In this document: one piece after another, positions 26,407 to 40,139 of the stretch | Numbering within the stretch: position 1 is the first letter of the stretch | Layout of the letters: the number at the start of each line of letters is the position of its first letter | Assembly: GCA_976226885.1 (NCBI GenBank) | Contig: OZ320317.1 | Span: forward strand, 79,670,001 to 79,734,000 | Length of the DNA stretch: 64,000 bases | Reading direction: 5' to 3' | From: Iphione sp. A-MEVVRFRX5 | Lineage: Eukaryota | The notes under the pieces: model-generated | What the model saw: only the letters and a program-made list of their open reading frames with translations | Database searches by the model: none | Told to the model about the DNA's origin: nothing | Translations under genes and position numbers: made by a program

Positions 26407-29400
26407 TCGCCACACTTCCCCCGTACCTGCCTCTTTACCCTGGCTCAACACCTCCTTCCTACCTCTCCTGTTCTGTGATTATTTCACCAGAACCCCTGGC
26501 TCTTTGTTTTCAATCCCGCCCCCGTAACCAATTTCATGCTTCCGCCATTCTGCAAGGAGCCATTGACCTTAACTATACAGATAATATCTATGTATAACAT
26601 TATCTAGCGCAAGAATATCCTTGGATTAAATGTTTAGTGGGCCTTCCGAAATGCGTATCTGACACAGCTTTGTTTATCAGGTACGTGTAAAGCATGCAAA
26701 AATTGAAAACTTCGCGACACATTGAAAACACAGTGGAGTCCGTATAGCTTCCATTTGGTCGTTTTCAAGCATACACCTCCTGGCCATAACTCCATCAGGG
26801 CACGTAGAGATGCGCTGAGTGAAGGCATCAGAGATTTAGGTGGGCCTGCACCCAACGGGGTAGGTCTTGCTCGAGGGCGACGGCTTGCGCCGTTATTACA
26901 AGGTCTGGCCAGCTTAAGTCCGAAGTCATGTCGACTGATTGACCCGTACTGTCATCCCCCACCCCGGCCTGGGAAGAGCAGGGGGTGGGGGTGGGAAGTA
27001 TTAATGACAGTAGTCGATGTGGGGGGTCGACGTCCCCGGGCGGTCATTCCCCCCGCCCCCTTCGCCGTCGACCCCGCCACCTGCCGGTCAGTGGGGATAG
27101 GCCGGACGGCCCCGGTTCGCGGCTCGTCTGTAATGGACGCCTGATAAAAGCAGCACGGAGATGGTGAAGTCTTGTTGCTCGCGCGCTGACCCGATGGCTG
27201 CTGTCCCTGACCCCCCTGTCTCCTACACCACATTAAGGTGTGTGTGTGTGTGTGTTTATGTATGCATGTCTTGAGCAGGGGGGGCGAGAAAGTGAAGAGT
27301 CTGCTCTGACCAAACACATACATGTAATCAGAAGTGTGCATCATCATTTGATATGAGTCTGCTTAAAATAAAAAGCTTTCATATTGTCAATGGACTGCTG
27401 CTCTCGTGTCATATTTGACTTTGTAATTGGAACAGAGGAGACTTTCTTCAGGGCAGGTTCGATCTTAGGCTCAAAACCTTACCTGTGAATGGTTCGTTAC
27501 GCTGAACATTACACGTTGGTCGACCATCGTTTCTATAGGTAATTTAACATTGAGGGTTTGCATTTGTTTCACAGAATAATCAGGAGAGGCAGAAATAATC
27601 CTACAGAATGGTGAACAACATCATGACGTGGGTATTTGGATAACCATGAACCTTTTAAACAGATCCAAATACCACCATCTCTCAGTTTAAGACCAGACGA
27701 CATGGGCGACAAGACTGGGTAAGAGGCCAGCTTTTGAAAGAACCAAAGGCATATACTTTGCTACAGAAAGAGGCCACAGACTGCAACAGACACCAGACTT
27801 TTTTCAGTCTTTTAAGCGAAAGTTGACTGTGTTATATTTGCTGTCTACTTGCCTGCCACAAATGAATAGTTTGATATGACATTAATGACTTCGCATTTGC
27901 AATGACGTAATTTGACCCATCCCCTCTGTTCCTTTGCACTTTGCTATGGAAGATGTCGGTGAGAAAAATATAGTTGATGGATCGCCGTAGTGGTCTCCAC
28001 ACCATTACTACACTTATCTTAACCTTTCTCTGACACTGTCACGGGAATAATGAATTTTGATTCGTGGATCTTCTATTATGGTATCACGAACGGTAAAGTA
28101 TTATCCGTAGTAGGTGGTTAGAGATGCATAAATGGGCACAGTAGAACAGCGCAATGTGACACGCCTATTTTCAACATAGGAAAATACCCCAATGATATAT
28201 CATTTAATTTTCTGAATAAGAATTAATTAAATTGTGTAGACAGCCATCCTCTTATATCAATATTGCCAAGACCTTTTTCCATACTAAACCTACCGATTTT
28301 GCCCGGTGATCTATGCTCGGGTGCCGATGTACTCAACTAGCTTTGCAACTATTTTTGTGTAGCCTATCAGTTTCCAAAGCCAGATTAAGTAACACAGACT
28401 TGTCTTGGCATCTGTTCATTTACTGTCGGGTCCTCTCCGTTTGTTGGAGTGGTCCAACAACGTTCTTTTTTCCACTCTATAATTAGAACACCGTCTCTTC
28501 AGAGAGAGTAGACTTTACAGGCATCTGCTCATATATATTTATAATATATAGAAGAGCCAACAACTTTTGCTGCTCACTGGCCAAGGATCGGACGTGACTT
28601 GGCTGCATCGTGCCCGTTTCCAGCTGCCGTTATGTCCCTTTGTCCACGCGTGCTGCGCCTTTTCCTCCTTCCCTCCCTGAGCAACTCAGCGTGAACTTGT
28701 TTTTCAGAACTACTCGCTCATTGCCAACAACGAACTTTGTTATCAGCCGACCACTGAGCTGCTCCCAAGCGCCGTGTTAGTCAATCTGCTCGTTGGAAGG
28801 AGGTCTGATTAAACCTTTTTGCTCTCCTCACCTTCATCCCCCCGCTGATTCGTCCCTCCCAACCCACAATGACCATTAATTACCCGAGGCCAGGCCACGA
28901 TATTACAACCTCGCCCGCAATATGTCAGGACGAGGCCCTGTCTGATGTATTAGGTTCCCGATGGTAGAAGGGATCGTTAAGGAAAGCACTAAAGCTATAA
29001 GCTATAGTACCAGTAAAACCGACATGGTGGTATTGATAGTACATAATGGTTCTGGGCAGCGAATATGGCAACGTGGTTCCTGCTACTCTACACGAATACA
29101 TATTCCATCCGAAAGGGAAAAAATGTACGAAGAACGTGAGTCAGTGGGGCAAGTCATGAATAGAGATGCCTTATAATGAATGACCACCGAGGGGGTTTTA
29201 TGCGCCTACAGACGAACACCGATAACGACTGCAAAACAAATGGTTTCCTTTAACTGCTTTTTATGTCGGCCGCACGATCGTCCCGAAGTTTTCTTATCTT
29301 GATCATGGTTAGTTCGGCCATCGATGGTAGATGTCATCCTGTGACGTGTGTTATAATGGTCAAGGGCCCTGATACCATCGACTGGTGTATCCGCCCGACT

Positions 29401-32400
29401 ACGCTCGGTCGTGCTAGCCAATGTAGGACGTTCGGCTAACAACAAACTCTTACGTTATCGCCCACATGAAAACATGGATGCCCAAATGGGGTTGAAAGGA
29501 AGCGGGCATATGATTGGGAGTGAATAGAGGGCAAAAAGGACAGGACAAAGACGCCGTGTAAGAGGAAATCCAGGAGGAGATAGCGAGAAAAGGGGAAGTT
29601 GGAAAGTGTACAGCCAAGAAGAGAGATTAAGGCGCTTAGAATAATAAATGTAATGGCATCCAGGCTAGAAAGACACCGAAACCTTGTAAACCATTTTAGT
29701 GACATAATGAACAGGACCAGGGAGACGTGGAGAGGTGGTGAAGGGTCAATATTATTACAATTAAAGCTTTAGGCTGCGAGACCCATATGGCAGATGAGAG
29801 GTAAGATATAGATAGTATCAATAGAACAACAAGGAGGAGACACGTAGAAAGTCAGGACCGACAGATACGAAAACCGGTGATGGATTGAAACGGCCAAACC
29901 AACGCCTGGAGGGTTTTGGAGGTGGACAGAGAAAATTCAAACCAGAACTACATAGTTCCATCTCCTTGTGTCAGAGAGAGAGAGGCAGGATGATTCACAC
30001 TACTTGCACTATGACTAATTCGCACTATAACTAACAGATACAGCTGGCTGTTCAATAGGTCATACCTCTGGTTGTACTTGACGAGCTGTTGGACATTTTG
30101 ACTTTATAGAGACATATATACATTCTGTGTCCCGGACATCCAGTGTACCAGACTTCAACTTGATCCTTAACGTAGATTGTATGACCCCAGGGAGAGACAA
30201 GTATGAAATTAGTAAGTCCAGGATAACATGAAAAGGAAAAGGGAAGGAACGAGAAATGATGAGGGGCCAGAATTACCTGTACAGACAGCAACATCGAGAG
30301 CCGGTCAGACACCAGCGGTACGCCCATGAGGATGAAGACCGCATGATTATTGAGGGGCAGGTTTGACACCAAGATCAATGGTGAGAAGCATACAGATAGT
30401 TATCAGTTTTGATCGTCTGTGTGTATGTATAACTTGTTAGTGATGTGTGTGGGTAGATAAGTGGACGCGTCCGTATGTCACCCCATGGAAGGGTGATGGG
30501 AGGTCTTGGTAGGAAAGTGTTGGAAAATAAAATTGATGGGGGTAGGATGTGCATGATTAGTTCATGTAACGGTCCTTGTGGGGGCCACGCTGCATCCCCG
30601 GCCCTCTGCCCCCGAGCTCTAATTAGTTCATTAAAGTCATCACTCACATTGACGGCGTCACTTTCATGTCGCTGCCCTATCGGGTGACAGCGGTCGGCAT
30701 CATCAAAGCCATGGCCACAGCGCGGAAAACGTGATGCACTACCCCCCCCCCCAGGCCCAGATCTGGAAAGAACGCGCTCCACTGACAAAATAGTTCAGTG
30801 AACAAAACTAACTTTGGATATCGAGTGTCAGGCGACTCACCGAAGGATGAAACGGAGGTAGACAGAGTGAAGGGAGAGGAGGGACATTGAAACAGAGAGA
30901 TGGTTATATAACATGTATTATCATAGACTGGTGGACAGACGGAGGTCGACAGAGGTATTCAGAGGGAAAAGGGATCTGGATGATGCTGAGAGATTAAAAG
31001 GAAGAATGCCTAAGAGAGTTATACCACAACGGAAACAGAGATGTCAGAGAGAGAGGGCGAGGGAATATGGGAAAACATTCCAGGCAGAAACTGGCATCTG
31101 TATATGCACAAAGGGAAGTGATGGGAGAGGGTTCGCCCAGAGGGGGGAGCATGGCGTATAATGAAGGAAAGAAGGAGGAATGGGGCTGAAGAGGGCTCGT
31201 TGATGGATCGAATCGTAGGCCTTTGTCGAGAGTGATAGGATTTTCGTCTTATCATTTTTTAACGCAGGGAGAAGTCTAGGGGCTTTGGGCCACCGAAGAA
31301 AAATTGTCGGAATTCGGTTATCGGGCACGTCGGAGCCGACTTGCAGGTGGAATGCTGTTAGCCTCAGGCTCAGGAGCGTTTGTTTCTTGGACTGTTTTGA
31401 TTGGAAATGGGGCGTTCTGAAGGGCTTTTGTCAATTATAAAAGATTGGGGACATTTATCTATGAGTCTTTGCCTTCCTTTTTCGGAAAAAAAACGCCTTT
31501 GATAAAAGAGGACCGATTCGTCAGCCGTGCCTGGCGTGTCAAAGACTATTTCTTTCGCCGAATTCCTATGACTTTGTTAAAGAGTTTGCATCGCTCCCTG
31601 GAGCAGATCTGTTTGCCATGGGTTTTGTCGCCCAGGACACGAAAGTGGCTGCGCACGGCTTAAAACGACCGTGGGGAACAGAGCAGGTCCAGACGAAGAG
31701 GCAGCAAGGATGTATCGCCATGTGCATTCGGCTGGCATTTGTAATTCATTATCAGCATTTCTGCGCCGTCTTCGTCATTTGTCTCGTTTCGTATTCACTC
31801 TTTCTTACACGACGGCTGCCTGTTTCGTATTCGTCCATCTCCAAAAACCTTGGGCAGTGACGGACAAATGCCAGGACAATTAAAACTCAAATCAATCTAA
31901 TCTGTCTGCTGCCAGTTGTATAGTCGGCCGGTCAGACGTATGCGACGCGCGAATCATAACGCTGCCAAATGCTAGACAGGAGTCCAACTCCTTAATAAGA
32001 TCCCAATTAGACAAGCTCACTGCTGCTTCATCATCTCTAATTGGCGCCATGATTAGTGCGCTTTTCAGAGGTCTAATTATGAGTTTCTATGCAATCAGGG
32101 CAAGATAGGGCGGAGTGATTGGATGGTAAGTTCCGTGAGATGACTAAAATGCCTAGTAATGACTAAGGAAAAGAAAATCACCTGCCTTTGTTTGCTGGCC
32201 AGTTGGATCTCGAAAGCTGGGACGGTCCGACACCTGTGTGGCATTTATCATGGATTTAATCAAGCCGAATGTGTAATTGACTTCTTGATTAAGTAGTTAA
32301 TGTATACATTAATCCTAATCTAGCGTATGATGGTCAATTTGGATGCACTAATGCCGCAGCTGCTCCGGCTTCCGGACTTATATCACGTGTTTTTTTCCGT

Positions 32401-32492
32401 ATCTTGTTTCGTGTAATTAACGCACTATCATGAATAAGTATCTGGCTACTGAGAGGCATTGATCCTAACTGTTGTTTTCCTTTTACTTTCAG

Positions 32493-32555
32493 GACAAACT
32501 ACTTATAAAACTTGATGACCATGAACCTGAAACGCCGATGGCCGAAGGGGAGGAG
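32493..32555 (+). CDS. Strongest exon candidate, 63 nt (DKLLIKLDDHEPETPMAEGEE, phase 0-0), protein unidentified
   Basis: Branch CCTAAC (32464-32469), tract GTTGTTTTCCTTTTACTTTCAG|G and donor GAG|GTGAGA. Length is divisible by 3 and the frame is open and acidic. I do not recognise the peptide. Confidence 0.55.
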
Positions 32556-35500
32556 GTGAGAACACTAATTTTTCCTCTTTTTCTCACAAAGCGTCAACGT
32601 TTTATAAAGTTACAAAAAATATTCCGGTATAATAAGAAAGAATCTTCCGTAATCTCAATCACAGCACACCTCGAGTCTGTAAGTTCTCCCGGTCTACAAG
32701 CCTACCCGGCTGTAGATCCATAATGTTGCATATGACGTCATCCACACACTGCCACTTACTGTCGTTTGACTTCGGGGTAAGCCTTTGCATAATGGTTGCC
32801 TTACGTAAGTTCACGAATTAGTTTAACTTCCGCATTTTGTGACCCCGCAAGCGTCGCCTGCAGAAATATTCAAATTCCCTATACTACTTTCTATTATCGA
32901 GTTACGAGAGTGCCACCAATCGGTGCAGACTGTCAGAATTAAGATTACGTATGGTGCTGAACGATTTTGGGCGCAACACTTCTATCTTTAGCACTCTTAT
33001 TTACTAAAACTGGCCCTTGGTTCTATATCAATCCGTCCTTAATTCCAGTTTGATCCCACGTTGAGAGTCTCCTAGACATACATGTAGTTAATATTTTATC
33101 CGCTTTCATGTATTTTAGAATGGTGATATATTGTGTGAAACGCTGTATTTATTTCACTTTCCGGAAGAAAATGTCTCCACACCTGGGACAGATTTACTCG
33201 GAGAAATCTTTCTGGACTATAAATATATGTAATGACATTCCCTAGATAATGGAACATCGGGATATGAATAGACAGATATGAATAGACAGGCGGATAGAAA
33301 AAAAGAGGTGTTAACGGACATGAAGACAAGATGGTATTCTTTAAACTGGTCACATGTCCTTCTTAGTGAGGCTGCCAGACAGGGACAAGAGAACGAATCT
33401 CGCGAGATCCCACTGCTGGCCCAGTTGAGAGTGGCCTGTCAGGGACGGAAACAAGATACATCCCAGGGCCCTCCACCGGCTCCCACTCGCCCGCATTGGC
33501 CCCTACCGCGCCATCCATCACACCTTCACGGTCACCCTGCTAACCCGGCCTACAGCCGTCCCCTGAAGCCGCCGCCGGTGGCTCCCCCTAGCAGATTCCT
33601 GTCGTAGCGTGTACCCCCGTCTGTTCCTACCAGCCCCAACCACCTCGTTGGTCTCTGTGTTCGCAGCTCGAGGTGCGAACCTAGTCGAGGCTGCACACTC
33701 GCTAGAGATCAGCTCTCTGGCCAAGTTTTGCCGTGTGTGTGCGGCGTATAGCTTTTTTGAAATAGAAATGGAGTTACTTGACCGCAGTTACGTGCCTTTC
33801 AGGAATGATCGTTTTGGAAATGTATAATGGTTTCACTCAAAGCGAGCGTAAAAAAGTCAGTCATCGCTTGAAATGACTCAGAGAGAAGCAACAAGGTATT
33901 TTCAGAACGATGTGTATAAAAGCATGGAAGCTGAAGTAATTGTTCTCAGAACGAGAATTTGAAACGTCTCATTGGCAAAGCAGGACAAGGCGAGTTTCCC
34001 ATTTCCATCATTATTGGGAAAACCAAGCAATGATGTCAGTTGAAATTCCACGTACGTCTCTATAGATTACGCGTTTCACGTCATTTTCTTGAAGAGCAAA
34101 CGTAATAATACCTCTAGTTTAACTAAGTTATAATTGGTTGGCCGATACCTCCTGTTCGAAACTAGGAGATGTATAAGAGTAGCTCCCCAGGGATCTGATA
34201 ACAGGGTCTGATCCACTCATCCTCATGTAAATTAAGAGACATTCCAAAGAATACGGCCATGAGTGTGGCGTTGTCTTTCTAGTCAGCAGAAGGTCAACGC
34301 CAAACGTTTATACATGTATCTATCTCCACAGTGTGTTCCGGCCCGGTCTTCATATCCAATGCTACATTTGTAATAATTCAGTAAGGTAGACATGGAGGTT
34401 TCGCCTTAACGAGAGCTGGGGGTCATTCCTATTTTATGACAGCGACATACGGCTCTCGGATGTTTGTCGTATCTTTTTGCTTGGCTGCTGGCTGCGGGAG
34501 ACTGATGCTTTACCTCTAGCCGACGGCCGACTACAAAACACGGTTAGCCCCGCAAGGATTACAGACAGAGGAGGACTGTTACAGGCACGAAGTCTTCTAT
34601 TGTACCCAGACAGACAGCCTAATAAACACATCAATCATCGTTGAGATCCCACTCGTCCATGTTAAAGTCTAAAACACCACAGAGGATCGGGGCGGACGGC
34701 CGGGGAGAAAGGCCGGGGCGCCTTCTATTTCGTAGCCGCCGCCGAATCTTTGAGATTGTTTTCGAGGAGTGGGGCGCGCCACGGCCACCTCCCCACTGAC
34801 CCCCTCGGGTTGGTGGCTGTACCGCCGCTCACTAAGGACTTGAGGCTAGCGCCGGGCCTCATTCCTCAGTGTCCCATGAATATTTCAGCGACCCCCGTCC
34901 CTCCTCCTTCCTCGTTCCCCGTCTCACGCCCTATGTCCGTCTCCAAAGCGCTACGCTAACACTGTGCCTCACTCTCTCCCTCTCGCTCTCTCTTTCCCTC
35001 TATCTCCCCCCCCCCCCTCCATGTGCCTCCTACTAATGGCGATGTTACGAACGCCACGTGCCCAAAGTCTGGCCAGATTATGGCAAATTCCTCGTTAGGC
35101 GGCGCCTCTACCACGTGACGCCCCACTGTCATACTTCATTCAGCAAAGGGTGGCTGGCAGCGCCCCCTCGGGCCAGTCGAGTTGCCATTCGAGGAAGGAC
35201 GGTCGCATATGAATGAAGCGCTGCGGTTTTAATATGTACTAAGCAGGAGGTCGGTCCAAAACCGCATGCGGACCAAGGTTATATCTGGTGAACCAAGGTC
35301 AAATATTAGCCGATACATTCAAACAAGTAAGCGATGTTGGTCGCATGCAGCTTCACCGACTTTGCACAATATCACCGTATGAAATTCGTGTGGTTTAATT
35401 CCTTGTCCTGCATAAGCGATATCTATGATCAGATACCAATGAACAAATATACGTGTACAAGGTATTTAATTTGTATTTGCATGTCTGTGCTCAGATCCCT

Positions 35501-37612
35501 TTCTAGGCAGGGCCATGAAGCAGTCAAACTGTTGCATGTACGTGTATATAGATTATCAGTTCACTAGATTATGTCCACACGATTCTAGTTTAGCTTGATT
35601 CTGAAACTCTAGTACATGTAAGATTTGTTTCTCTGGGTGAGTGCCTTGGATAATTAAGGTACAAGTAAATACACGTTTGGGTGGTCTGCTGGCAAAAAGC
35701 TAGACCCTTGGAGGAATGTATATGAAAAAGCCTCCTTTCCCTACACGTTCATCTCTCAGTTTACAGAGTAGCTTGTTCAATAAAAATGTCTTAGCAGAAC
35801 CTGTGATTTATATCACCGGCTCGAGGGAACTGGCTGCTTGCCCGTAATCTGTTCCAGCAGTCTGGCTGACAGTTTTCGTATTACCTGTCCAGCCCGGCCA
35901 CATGCGGTGGCTTATCGATAAGGACTTCACAGGCAAACCGAACCATTTGTTACGGCTACCCCGGACTCTGATGACGTCAACCAACCCATCCTTCCCACCT
36001 CTGTCCGCATTGGTAACTCCCTCTCTCTCGAGCTGTAAAGTGTTAATCATCCTTCATCGCCAAAGAAGCCAGAGAAAAACTATTGCAGCAGGATTTACTA
36101 GATCAGGTCTTAGTGAGCCTGACATATGGAGCACGATACTAAAGTATCGCTTGTATTCTTTAATTCTTTTAGCTTTTGACCAACACTACACATAAACAAT
36201 TCGAAGCTGGTTTCATGCTAAACCTATAAGGTTTGCGTCAATGTAAATTATTGATGAAGGAAGGTTAAGGCTTGGTAAAAGGTTAGCCTCCCCCGTAGCC
36301 AGGAAGTGCAATGGGTCATACAGAGACATGTATATTGTTTAGACTTCCACTCAATCAATTTGGGCTTGCCGTACTCTTGGCGAAGGCTGTAAGGTATTAT
36401 TCCAGCTGTGATATATACTTTGAGCCCTTGTTCCGCCAATTCCCATGCTTCACTTGAGACGTAGAGGCCCAATAATGTCGTTTACCCCCCAAATGCGTGA
36501 AGGGCCCGCCTGAAATATGCAGTTCACTTCGACTTTCAGAACCAATTTGTCAAGTAGAGAGGAGAGCGTGGGCCGTCCTGGCGTCTCCACCGTCTCAGCC
36601 GCCCGCGTCGCCTCCTCCGGGGACCACTAGTAGTGGATGTCGTTAGAGCCAGGGCCTGCCTCTCCCAGGTGATGGTGGTCAGTCGAACACACCTGAGAAA
36701 GGCAGTAATTGCTTCCCTGGGGTCCCGCCTACTTGTTTCTAATGTTCTCCTCGCCGCCTAATGGTTCCTCCTTGAGTTTCAGACCGAAAGTAAAAAAAGG
36801 TGAAAAAAGTTATCCATCTACTGTTCCTCTTATCTACACCCTGCTAACCAAAAAGTCGCTCAAAATAAAATGTTCCGCAATATAACATGCTTGAGCTGTC
36901 TGCGACACAAATCGAATTCAATGTAAGGGACCTTAATAACTCATATCCTGAGCCATAGCGTTAAAAGATGCTACAGAAATTCATCTACCATCTCATGACA
37001 TGATATTTCTAAATTCTATATTTCCTTATCGATAAAAGTATCGATTGTTCCTGTTACTTGTATGCCTTTTATTAATTCAGTATTTTTAGTGGAAAACCTC
37101 GATAACCTCTCCAGGGACCCTTTCAACGAAATAACCGTTCGGTGTAGTGTCCTTCTGAATGTACCTTTCCTGTGTAAACGCACCATCAATCAATTCATGG
37201 TGTGATAGAGTTAGAGAAACCGAGCAGGGACCCCAGTCATTAGCATTCCGTCTTGAGACCCGAACGCCTGAGCAAGCACTCAACGTGCACATGAGGGAAT
37301 TTCGACTGGTCTCTCTTCCCACGGTGTCTCAACAGCTTACCAGCATGCAATTCTAATTGTAATTCTGATAAAGATCAATAAAATGTTTCTTTTCGGTTCC
37401 ATAAATGGTAACGCCGCGTGATGAGCGTTTCAGCAGGATTCACTCTCATTAATGTCGCTGGTCCTTGTGTGCAGCCTCCAGCGGCTCCATATTTTATATA
37501 CATGTACACATATATATACATGTATTGGCATTTTTTCGCGTATCATTATTGAGAGACGTTAACCAGACGGGTCATGTGCAGGGGCGGACCGCAAGCTTAT
37601 AGATGTCTGAGG

Positions 37613-37617
<5 letters not shown>

Positions 37618-37674
<57 letters not shown>
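37618..37674. repeat. (GA)n microsatellite
   Basis: GA run. Confidence 0.97.
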
Positions 37675-37683
<9 letters not shown>

Positions 37684-38056
37684 ATGTGTGTGTCTGGTGG
37701 TGTATTCCCACACGTCCCCTTTTTACAGTCTGTCCACCGACGTAACGACACGCGGCCGGCAGTGGGCGATAATCGAGTTACTAAACAACCACCAACTGGG
37801 ATGCGCTCTGGTCCCGGTTCGAGCGGCTACGTCGTCGCGGGCAGCACGATCCCTCACCGGCGCTCACTCTGTAACGACAGGCGATGATCAATATTGAACC
37901 TTAAGTCATTATCGCATCCCTTATTTCTTGTTTTCTTCGTCTACGTCTCGCGAAAATCGATACCTTTCACACGGGGTCTCTTGCAATGCATCATCCCTTG
38001 TGCAAGTAGTTTCTCTCGGAATGTAGCTGAATGGCTCTCTCTCCCTCTCTATCTTA

Positions 38057-38081
<25 letters not shown>
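38057..38081. repeat. (CT)n microsatellite
   Basis: CT run. Confidence 0.95.
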
Positions 38082-38087
<6 letters not shown>

Positions 38088-39020
38088 TGTCTCTGTCTGG
38101 AGTGACGAGTAGCGCACGATGCAAACGCCTCTAAGCAATCAGCACAGACAAATCACCGGCGAGGTCTTGGCCCAGTTGCCTGTATTTGTTGGCGCCTGCC
38201 TGCCTCTTTGCTTATTATCGGAGGTGCATGAGGCATTAACCTTCACAGTGGGATTAACTAGTGAATGATGCATGGCTGTATCAAACTGCTACGTAGAAAG
38301 AGATGGAGGCCTGCTCTGTAGCTTGGTTTGTACATCCTCTGGCAACTACCCTTGGACGACCCGATATTTTATCTTCCAATCACGGCCAAGTCATAAAATC
38401 CGCGCCCAACGAAAGCTGCGTGAGAGGAATGGCAACAAAGTAGATATACAGCTGACGTTCTACGTGATCAATGGCTATACAGATCGCTGCTCGAATCTCG
38501 TCCCTTTATTTTATTGGGTTCATCTGGTATCTGACTAAATAAAATATATATATTTTACAACTGGACAACAAATATAAAACTCGCTTTCAAATTATCCATC
38601 ATACCTTTTATTGCAACTGTGGCATATGTATACAAATGAAATCTACAACTAGATGTTGGTTCGTATCTACGAAGGGTAGGGAAGTGTTCAAGGGATTAAT
38701 ATCCCTCACGTAGGGCACATACATCATTGACACCGTTGTTTTATGGGAGGGGCTGCCCTCTCTATTAGAATATTGGGGTATTGCCAGATAGACAGGGAAG
38801 TATACAACAAGTACTCCATGGCTTTTTAAGAAACTGGTCGTGATGGACACACAACCAGTATGACGTGGCACGCCTCAGTGGTACGACCACCTTTTCAGGG
38901 AGACCTGCCGTTAACCTTTGCAGTCAAACCGTTGACCCATGAGTGGCTCACTTGACCTTTACACGTCGACACCACAGACGGCGCCCACCAGGGCGCCACG
39001 GCCCACACTGCCGCCCGAAA

Positions 39021-39080
39021 CCAATTCAGCCAATCAGATCGCTGCGAGAAATTTGCTGCATGGCGCCGCCGCCAATCAGA
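39021..39080 (+). promoter_or_regulatory. CCAAT-box (NF-Y-type) cluster in a GC-rich island
   Basis: GCCAATCAGA at 39029 and 39071 (42 bp apart), plus CCAAT at 39021. Confidence 0.5.
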
Positions 39081-40139
39081 ATGCCCACAGGCATTTGCTG
39101 CCGCTTCCTTCCGGGGCCCATTCTGTGGCATCGATGTGTTGCGATGGAGCCAAAAGGACGATAGAGGAGGGGTCAGGGGAGAGCTACTCCCTGGGATTTG
39201 CTCCTTAGCACGGATGACGCGCATTGCTATCGTTCCGAGCTGCTCGCTGAATCCGGCCTGCCAAGCAGCTGAGCTTTCTATTCACGAAGACAGTTTTTAT
39301 ATAATGCGCTTATACACTTCCAGCGTATATAACTACTGGGAAGTCCTGCTCGCAACACTCGCTATTACATACAAGGAGACAATCTCTCTATATATACACA
39401 ACTTTCAAAGTTTGCAATTACAAAGAGGAGAATGGTACCACATCCTGAATGCCTGAAATTTCAAATAATTATCCACATGTAGAAGGTAACTCACTGTAAA
39501 CCATTTTTATTAGATTCTTTTATTTATTTCTTTTACACTAGTATTTGTATATCTGATTCAGGCGTCCATTACACAAGCCTCTGGGTCAGCTACATACAGT
39601 TATTAATGAATAATCATACATCCTTTGTATCTTTGATAGGAACCTATTTACTCTGCTATATTTAGAGGCCGCCGTGAAATCGAGTGAATGGCCGCTTAAA
39701 GGATTGCCATTTAAAGGGGGAATGGAAAATGAACTGGAAGAAATATCGATTTGATCCTTTAGCTCTAATAGTTTTGTCATTTGGCAGGCCTATTCATATT
39801 ACAGCACATTGCCTATTGTTTTAGCGTTAACTCATTAGTGGCGAGGTTGTAGTCAATGAAATATCGGTCCCTTTGGAGAGAAAAAGGTTCCTACTCTAAT
39901 GAAACTTTCTTCTCTCCGAGTGAAATTCCTGCACCTCGTTCTCATCACATCTGCACAAGGTGCGTATTGTTACAGTTCCACACTTAAGGAGACAGCCCAC
40001 GGCAAAGAATCCTTGTCGCTTTTGATTAAAGCTGATGCGCTTAAAAAACTGAACACAAAGGACATTAGATGGTTAACGGGTTGCTTGCTTCTTAAGTAGA
40101 GGACCGACTGCCCAGGAAGATTGATACAGATGTAGTTCA

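Noticed and set aside
32058-32073. CTTTTCAGAG, resembling the histone 3' stem-loop
   Set aside because: The stem does not pair (GGCTC/GAGCC missing) and there is no histone ORF.
33906-33935. 30-nt pseudo-exon NDVYKSMEAE; likewise 20438-20446 and 45011-45023
   Set aside because: Each has one weak splice signal. Such AG...GT pairs are expected by chance in long introns.
34166-34183. AGATGTATAAGAGTAG, similar to the Tn5/Nextera mosaic end
   Set aside because: Not an exact match (AGATGTGTATAAGAGACAG), so not adapter contamination.
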